This document shows, piece after piece, positions 26,538-32,000 of a stretch of 32,000 nt of DNA (positions are counted from its first letter, which is position 1; each line of letters starts with the position of its first letter). A program made the translations under genes and the position numbers. The notes under the pieces are model-generated. The model worked only from the letters and a program-made list of their open reading frames with translations. It was not told where the DNA came from and did no database searches. Origin of the DNA: Methylophilaceae bacterium (lineage in GTDB: Bacteria; Pseudomonadota; Gammaproteobacteria; Burkholderiales; Methylophilaceae); NCBI GenBank assembly GCA_947379975.1, contig CANCPF010000020.1, positions 1 through 32,000 of the forward strand, read 5' to 3'.

Positions 26538-27371
26538 TTACTCTTGGATAGAAATAGCGTATTTTTTTGGAATTTTTACTGCTCGTTTTACTTTGATTTC
26601 TGGAGCATATTTTAAGACTAATTTTTTTATTTTTTCATAAGGCCCATCACAACCAACAATTATTGAGGATATTGCCCCTTTAGGGAGTGTAAGAAGCCCA
26701 TTTGGATCAAAATGGTGGCCGCTTAGGAGAGGTTCATCAATTTCAGAGGATAGGATTAATCTATACTCTTTCTCATAACTCCAAACATCTGATTTAATTA
26801 GTAAGGGTGATAAAAGATCTCTTGTGCTTTCGGAGTATGTCTTAAGTGATGGATAATTAGTTTTATATCTGCATTTTAAGGCGGTAAACAACATCGATTT
26901 CTTTAAATCATATTCAATACATATACCAGTATGAGAATTTGCGTAGTGAGACCACATAAGTAAATTCTCTGGATTTGGACTCAAGCAATATATTCTATAT
27001 TTGGATTTTCTAACTACATCAACAATTGCCTCTGAAATTTGGTCTATGACGTGCTTGCTTCTTTGGGGGTCATTTAAAATTTTTCTTATCTCTTCATTTT
27101 TAGCTTGGGCAGGAAATAATTTATTGTAGGTTTTTATCGCCCATTTTTTGTGTAGATAATTCCCGATAAGGCTATTAGAAATAGTGTTGTCGAATTGAGG
27201 GCTACAATCCCATGGGTCGTTAAAAGATGAGGGTAAAGAGCAATAAATAGAGTTTGTTTTTAATAACTCTCGTAGACGTCCGAATTTGTATGGTTGCCAA
27301 TGATAGAGATACTTTAGCCCATTATTATGAGCATTATCTTCACCCAATGCTCGGCGGATAAATTTCTTCAT
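26538..27371 (-). CDS. DUF2971-family protein
   Basis: Motifs SSFNDPWD, LLMWSHYANSHTGICIEYDL and DVWSYEKEYRL are characteristic of DUF2971. Sits 3 nt upstream of the 571-aa gene. Confidence 0.8.
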   Translation of the reverse strand: MKKFIRRALGEDNAHNNGLKYLYHWQPYKFGRLRELLKTNSIYCSLPSSFNDPWDCSPQFDNTISNSLIGNYLHKKWAIKTYNKLFPAQAKNEEIRKILNDPQRSKHVIDQISEAIVDVVRKSKYRIYCLSPNPENLLMWSHYANSHTGICIEYDLKKSMLFTALKCRYKTNYPSLKTYSESTRDLLSPLLIKSDVWSYEKEYRLILSSEIDEPLLSGHHFDPNGLLTLPKGAISSIIVGCDGPYEKIKKLVLKYAPEIKVKRAVKIPKKYAISIQE

Positions 27372-27607
27372 TTGGAAACCTTTTGAGATTTATGATCGCA
27401 TTGTAAGCCTTTTAAACTCTCTCAGCACTTATCTCTGTAGTGAGGAAATCGAGGGATTCGTCCAATTGAAAACTATAGTGAAATTTACGCTTTTGGACTT
27501 TCAAGCCCATCGCTAAAATCAGAAGCTGGTTGGGGCACTTTTTAGCACGGTTCAATCAATACCATTTTTTGACTCAAGGGTAGTGCGCTCTAGAACAGAG
27601 CCTCGAC

Positions 27608-27622
27608 ACTTTTAATCCGTTG
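27608..27622. repeat. Degenerate internal copy of the att core plus tRNA 3'-half start
   Basis: ACTTTTAATCCGTTG versus ACTCATAATCCGTTG at attR (13 of 15 identical). Confidence 0.3.
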
Positions 27623-27736
27623 ATCGGGTGCTCTCAGTAGCACTTTCAACACAGCAAAAATAGGAGCTTTAACTAGTTTTTACAGTGAAAATCACTCTCT
27701 GGTACTCTCAAAATTCAGCGTTAATTTATCAAAAAT

Positions 27737-27761
27737 TAACCGTTACTTAAAGTAACGGTTA
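27737..27761. repeat. Palindrome TAACCGTTAC-ttaaa-GTAACGGTTA (CGTTAC-N5-GTAACG family)
   Basis: Perfect 10-bp arms, about 120 bp inside the island right end. Confidence 0.7.
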
Positions 27762-27804
27762 TATTCAAAACTTGAACGCACTAAAATCACCGAGAAATTA
27801 AACC

Positions 27805-27825
27805 TGCTTCCACATTTACTTCCAC
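27805..27825. promoter_or_regulatory. Two CTTCCAC(A) repeats, putative integrase arm-type sites (right arm)
   Basis: TGCTTCCACA at 27805-27814 and TTTACTTCCAC at 27815-27825. Same motif as the left-arm cluster. Confidence 0.5.
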
Positions 27826-27882
27826 GGTTTTTATTTTGTTCAATAAGCTATTGATTCATATTATTTAATATTTCTTGAAACT

Positions 27883-27892
27883 ACTCATAATC
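27883..27892. repeat. attR core (ACTCATAATC)
   Basis: Exact direct repeat of 2664-2673. Confidence 0.8.
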
Positions 27893-27928
27893 CGTTGGTG
27901 CTGTGTTCGACTCACAGGGGGGCCACCA
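27884..27928 (+). pseudogene. 3' half of the resident tRNA-Ile2(CAU): anticodon loop to CCA
   Basis: CTCATAA-TCCGT-TGGTG-CTGTG-TTCGACT-CACAG-GGGGGCC-A-CCA. The acceptor strand is complementary to the 5' half at 2631-2637. Confidence 0.85.
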
Positions 27929-27936
27929 GTAACGAT

Positions 27937-27969
27937 AAGGCTGACAGAAATGTCAGCCTTTTTCTTTTT
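27937..27969 (+). terminator. Rho-independent terminator of the resident tRNA locus
   Basis: AAGGCTGACA-gaaa-TGTCAGCCTT followed by TTTCTTTTT. Confidence 0.8.
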
Positions 27970-27978
27970 AAGCCTTAT

Positions 27979-28680
27979 TTACAGCTCATGTAAGGTTTCA
28001 TCTTCAAAGTAGTAAATATTTTCATGTTTGAATCCATAACTCCCACTTATTAACCGAATGTGTGGTTCAAGGGTAAATAATCCAGCCTCCAGAAGCGTAA
28101 TTTTTATATCAGGTACAATGAAATCCAGATTGCCCATATCTTGCTGTACAACATGGCCGAGATAATCTATTTGCTCAAATCCCAAGCGTTTGATTTCATC
28201 ATGCATTATTTGATAAAGCTCATTAAAAGTCATGTCTTTATGTGCAACTTTAAACAACGTAGCATGCAAATAACCTTGTGCATGCGCTCCTGCAATAAAC
28301 TCCAAATTAGATAATGGTGAGCGCCTAGCAACGCCATTTTCGACATAATAAGTCCGCGCATAATCACCGCAATAGCCTGCTATTGATGGATTTAAGTCGA
28401 TTGTGACTAAGTCATTTTCCTGAATTGGCCTATTGCTTGGTTCGTATTCGGTAGATGAAATGGCTAATAAAGTATGCTCGCCTGCCAATACAAGTGCGGG
28501 TAGGGATTTATACCAATAACCATCAACCCCAGCCTTGCGTTGTAAGTCATCGCATTTTTTAATTAAATCTATCTCAGTGACTCCAGGTCTAATGAATTCG
28601 GTAATGCTGTCCAATGTGTAGCGTGCCGCGTCCTGTACTTTCTGACAGAACTTTAATGCTTCAAAATCCATACAATCCAT
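27979..28680 (-). CDS. M24-family metallopeptidase-like protein (pita-bread fold)
   Basis: 233 aa. Pattern DLVTIDL...GYCGDYARTY...LGHVV...FTLEPHI...KHENIYYF is consistent with the M24 metal-ligand spacing. Confidence 0.7.
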   Translation of the reverse strand: MDCMDFEALKFCQKVQDAARYTLDSITEFIRPGVTEIDLIKKCDDLQRKAGVDGYWYKSLPALVLAGEHTLLAISSTEYEPSNRPIQENDLVTIDLNPSIAGYCGDYARTYYVENGVARRSPLSNLEFIAGAHAQGYLHATLFKVAHKDMTFNELYQIMHDEIKRLGFEQIDYLGHVVQQDMGNLDFIVPDIKITLLEAGLFTLEPHIRLISGSYGFKHENIYYFEDETLHEL

Positions 28681-28839
28681 CCTTATCAGTGTTCGTGTAT
28701 CAGCATAATATTTTTACAGGTTTTTGCAACAGCCACTTTAGCGCTTTGAGGATTTTAGCTCAGCCAATTAAGCTGGTCTGTTTGTTGCTTAAGAATTACT
28801 AGGCCTGAAGTTTTGAGGATATTAGTGAGGAATAAGGTA

Positions 28840-31614
28840 ATGAGTGCCAGCCATGTTAATTATGAAAAAACCATGCAAGATAACATTCGTTACTTGGGAC
28901 GAGTGTTAGGCGAAACTATACTAGCAAAAGATGGCGCTCATATATTTGGTGTCATCGAAGACATACGCCAAACGGCCGTCGCCTGTCATCGCAAGGGTGG
29001 TGAAGGTGCAAGTCAGCAATTAAGTAATCTGTTAAATAAGCTAACGCCGGATGAAACCATTTCTGTAGTGCGTGCTTTTAGCTATTTTAAACATTTGGTG
29101 AATATTGCTGAAGATATTAATTCTCAGCAGCAAGCGACTTTAAACGAGGACGATTTTCACCCAGGTATGTTGGCGCACTCTATGTCCAAAATGGTGCAAA
29201 GTGAACTCAGTTTTGAGAATATCGCTAAATTTTTCGAAACTGCCCTTATCTCGCCAGTATTAACCGCGCATCCCACTGAAGTGCAACGTAAAAGTATCTT
29301 AGATACCGAGCAAGCGTTATCGGCGTTACTCATGCAACGCGCAATGATAGTTTCAAAGAAAGAGTTAGAGCGTAATGATTTGATGATACGTGGCAACATC
29401 AGCGCCCTTTGGCAAACCAGAATGTTGCGATTTTCAAAACTTACGGTGGTGAACGAAATTGAAAATGCCTTAAGTTTTTATCAAATGACTTTCTTAGAAG
29501 TTATTCCTGAGCTGATGCAGGACTTAGAATTTACCATTAACAAACAATATGCGGCAGAGTTGAAACAAGAGTATCAGCTACCAAATTTCTTGCGCATGGG
29601 AAGTTGGATAGGTGGCGACCGTGATGGAAATCCGTTCGTAAATGCTACTACGCTTGCAACAGCCATTGATAAACAGGCCAGCACTGCCTGTGACTATTAC
29701 TTAAAAGAATTAGATGCACTCAGGCGTGAACTTTCACTCTCAACCCGCTTGGTGGATACCAGCCCAGAGTTGATCGCACTTAGTGAGCGCTCAACCGATC
29801 AATCACCACATCGTCAGGATGAATGCTACCGCTTGGCACTAAACGGCATGCACGCAAGAATGTTAGCAACCAGCAAACAAATCACTTCGCAGGCAGATTT
29901 AGACTTAAACAATGATGCTAAGCCTTATGCTCAGGCTGAGGATTTATTGCACGATTTAAATGTAATTTCTGATTCCCTTAAACAAAATCATGGCCAAGCT
30001 TTAATTTACCCGCGATTAGGCAAACTTATCAAAGCGGTAGATAGCTTTGGCTTTCATTTGGCAACGATTGATATTAGGCAATCCTCAGACGTACATGAAG
30101 CGGTTATTAAAGAGCTTTTTTTAAAAGCCGGCTATGACTTTAATTATGCCGAACTAGATGAAGCAGAAAAAGTAAAAACCTTGCTTGATGAACTAAAGCA
30201 GCCTAGATTATTGTTTTCACGCTTCCAAAATTATTCTGAATTAGTACAAACTGAAATGGAAGTGCTAAATACCGCACGTGATGTTCGACGCATATTTGGC
30301 GATAGAGCAATACAGCAATACATTATTTCGCACACAGAAACGCTTTCAGATCTGTTAGAAGTTGCACTATTGCAAAAAGAAACCGGTTTATTGAGAGGCG
30401 TTTGGGGCTCACAAAAAATTCAGATGGATCTGAATATTGCGCCACTGTTTGAGACCATCGCCGATCTGCGCGATGCACCCATGATTATGGGGCAATGGCT
30501 GAGTTTGCTTGGCATTCGCTATGTGCTACGTAACCAAGGAAACCAGCAGGAAATTATGTTGGGCTATTCAGACAGCAATAAAGATGGTGGCTTTTTAACG
30601 TCTAATTGGGAGTTGTACAAAGCTGAAATTTCTTTGGTTGAGCTATTTAATCAGGCAAAAGTTAAATTACGATTATTTCATGGACGCGGCGGCACCGTTG
30701 GCCGTGGCGGTGGCCCAACTTATGAGGCTATTATGGGCCAGCCGCATGGCACGGTTGATGGTCAAATTCGCTTAACTGAACAGGGTGAGATTATTGCAAA
30801 CAAATACTCTAGCCCTAAAGTCGGCCGTCAACACATAGAGACATTAATTGCCGCCACCATTGATGCCACCTTGTTTCCACAAGATGAATTAATCACCAAA
30901 AAACGCAGATCATTTGAGCATGTGATGGAGAATTTATCGGCCACTGCTATGACAGCCTACCGTGCGTTGGTTTATGAAACTCCAGGCTTTGCCGATTATT
31001 TTTTTAGTGCCACACCTATTTCAGAAATTGCTGAACTTAATATTGGTAGCCGTCCCACCGCAAGAAAATCGTCGCGTAATATTGAAGATTTAAGAGCCAT
31101 TCCGTGGGGATTCTCTTGGGGCCAATGCCGCTTGCTATTGCCCGGTTGGTTTGGCCTTGGGAGCGCAATTAAAGACTATCTCAGCGTAGAAGAAGATTTA
31201 AAAATAACACGTATACAAACCCTGAAAGAGATGTTTGATGAGTGGCCGTTATTTAAAACGCTGATAGCCAATGTCGATATGGTGCTGGCTAAAACCGATC
31301 TTGTGGTGGCTAAGCGCTATGCACAGTTGGTGAATGATGCGGAACTAAGAGAGTCAATTTTTAGTAGCATTGCCCAAGAATATCAGCTAACCGTGGATGC
31401 GGTTAATTTAATCATGAACAGTGATGTTCGGTTAAGCAGTAATCCTACCTTGGCTAAATCCATTAAAAATCGTCTGCCATATTTAGATCCGCTTAATCAC
31501 TTGCAGGTTGAGCTAATCAAACGCTTTAGAAATGGCGAAGAAGACGAGCGCATTAAGCTTGGCATACATTTATCGATCAACGGTATTGCTTCTGGGTTAA
31601 GGAATACTGGATAG
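28840..31614 (+). CDS. ppc: Phosphoenolpyruvate carboxylase
   Basis: Motifs VLTAHPTEVQRKS, MLGYSDSNKDGGFLTSNW, FHGRGGTVGRGGGP and a C-terminal ...LRNTG. ATG at 28840 is preceded by AGGAATAAGG (the track uses TTG at 28813). Confidence 0.95.
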   Translation: MSASHVNYEKTMQDNIRYLGRVLGETILAKDGAHIFGVIEDIRQTAVACHRKGGEGASQQLSNLLNKLTPDETISVVRAFSYFKHLVNIAEDINSQQQATLNEDDFHPGMLAHSMSKMVQSELSFENIAKFFETALISPVLTAHPTEVQRKSILDTEQALSALLMQRAMIVSKKELERNDLMIRGNISALWQTRMLRFSKLTVVNEIENALSFYQMTFLEVIPELMQDLEFTINKQYAAELKQEYQLPNFLRMGSWIGGDRDGNPFVNATTLATAIDKQASTACDYYLKELDALRRELSLSTRLVDTSPELIALSERSTDQSPHRQDECYRLALNGMHARMLATSKQITSQADLDLNNDAKPYAQAEDLLHDLNVISDSLKQNHGQALIYPRLGKLIKAVDSFGFHLATIDIRQSSDVHEAVIKELFLKAGYDFNYAELDEAEKVKTLLDELKQPRLLFSRFQNYSELVQTEMEVLNTARDVRRIFGDRAIQQYIISHTETLSDLLEVALLQKETGLLRGVWGSQKIQMDLNIAPLFETIADLRDAPMIMGQWLSLLGIRYVLRNQGNQQEIMLGYSDSNKDGGFLTSNWELYKAEISLVELFNQAKVKLRLFHGRGGTVGRGGGPTYEAIMGQPHGTVDGQIRLTEQGEIIANKYSSPKVGRQHIETLIAATIDATLFPQDELITKKRRSFEHVMENLSATAMTAYRALVYETPGFADYFFSATPISEIAELNIGSRPTARKSSRNIEDLRAIPWGFSWGQCRLLLPGWFGLGSAIKDYLSVEEDLKITRIQTLKEMFDEWPLFKTLIANVDMVLAKTDLVVAKRYAQLVNDAELRESIFSSIAQEYQLTVDAVNLIMNSDVRLSSNPTLAKSIKNRLPYLDPLNHLQVELIKRFRNGEEDERIKLGIHLSINGIASGLRNTG

Positions 31615-31651
31615 CCCAACTATAAAGTGCTTAAATTTTAGTATAAATGAA

Positions 31652-31689
31652 GACTGCAACCTAAATATCTAAAGTGGATAGTTGCAGTC
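31652..31689. terminator. Hairpin between convergent ppc and the cytochrome b561 gene
   Basis: GACTGCAAC-(20 nt)-GTTGCAGTC. The loop is large and there is no clear T-run. Confidence 0.35.
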
Positions 31690-31701
31690 CGAGCGCTAAT
31701 A

Positions 31702-32000
31702 TTAGCGTTTTGGCAGTATGCGCAATAGCGTATTGTCACGCATAAAGTAATGATGATATAAGGCGGCAACGGTATGCAGGCCAATCAGATAGTAAGCGAT
31801 AGTGCCACCAGTTTCATGCAATTCTTTCAACGTGTCTGCCAAGCTTTTATTCTCGCTAATAAGCGCCGGTAAATTTAGGCCGAAGAACGGAATTGGCTTT
31901 CCAGCAGCACTCAAAAAAAGCCAGCCAACAAATGGCAAAGCTATCATTAATAGATAAAGCCCAAAATGCACAGGTATCACTAACCACTTTTGCCAGCTTG
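31702..32000 (-). CDS. Cytochrome b561-family protein (5' end outside window)
   Basis: C-terminal pattern HETGGTIAYYLIGLHTVAALYHHYFMRDNTL with TM helices. The frame stays open to the window edge. Confidence 0.75.
   Translation of the reverse strand, partial: SWQKWLVIPVHFGLYLLMIALPFVGWLFLSAAGKPIPFFGLNLPALISENKSLADTLKELHETGGTIAYYLIGLHTVAALYHHYFMRDNTLLRILPKR

Larger units (their letters stand above)
2664..27892. mobile_element. About 25.2-kb integrative genomic island in tRNA-Ile2(CAU); no conjugation genes seen
   Basis: Flanking 10-bp direct repeats. Split tRNA halves. An integrase next to one end. Arm-type repeats at both ends. Cargo visibly more AT-rich than the rpoD and ppc flanks. Confidence 0.85.

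Noticed and set aside
2674-27882. Island as a conjugative element (ICE) or prophage
   Set aside because: I recognised no relaxase, coupling protein, type IV secretion, capsid, terminase or tail genes. It is better described as an integrative, possibly mobilisable, island.
1-32000. CRISPR arrays, rRNA genes, other tRNAs
   Set aside because: I saw no regularly spaced direct repeats and no rRNA-like sequence. The only tRNA-like sequences are the two halves and the intron-containing copy described above.

Overview
No database search was possible. Product calls rest on motifs I recognise, and homology statements made from memory are flagged as such.

The window is an AT-rich proteobacterial chromosome segment; beta or gamma class cannot be told from here. 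The left flank is housekeeping: the dnaG 3' end and rpoD. The right flank is also housekeeping: an M24-family peptidase, ppc and a cytochrome b561 gene.

Between the flanks lies a visibly more AT-rich genomic island of about 25.2 kb (about 2674-27882). It is inserted in the anticodon loop of a tRNA-Ile2(CAU) gene.
- The resident tRNA is left split, with its 5' half at 2631-2673 and its 3' half at 27884-27928. The halves are bounded by the 10-bp direct repeat ACTCATAATC.
- The island carries its own full-length copy of the same tRNA (2819-3100). That copy is interrupted by a 203-nt Azoarcus-type group I intron.

Island content, left to right:
- A tyrosine integrase with clustered CTTCCACA arm-type repeats at both island ends.
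- A block of unknown genes.
- A small tyrosine recombinase that has only the catalytic domain, next to about 1 kb of noncoding DNA.
- A 7-gene minus-strand operon built around a TerY-P triad (vWA protein, PP2C phosphatase, Ser/Thr kinase). The triad is extended by an HTH protein, a zinc-ribbon/RDD membrane protein, a periplasmic Sel1-repeat protein and an unknown protein.
- Two decayed 3' remnants of umuC-like genes, which bracket the cargo cassettes.
- Three candidate novel defence-like modules: a 302-aa protein with a 4-TM protein; a 106-aa with a 162-aa pair; and a DUF2971 protein with a 571-aa protein carrying a C-terminal HEPN-like R-x5-H motif.

No conjugation genes, rRNA or CRISPR array were seen.
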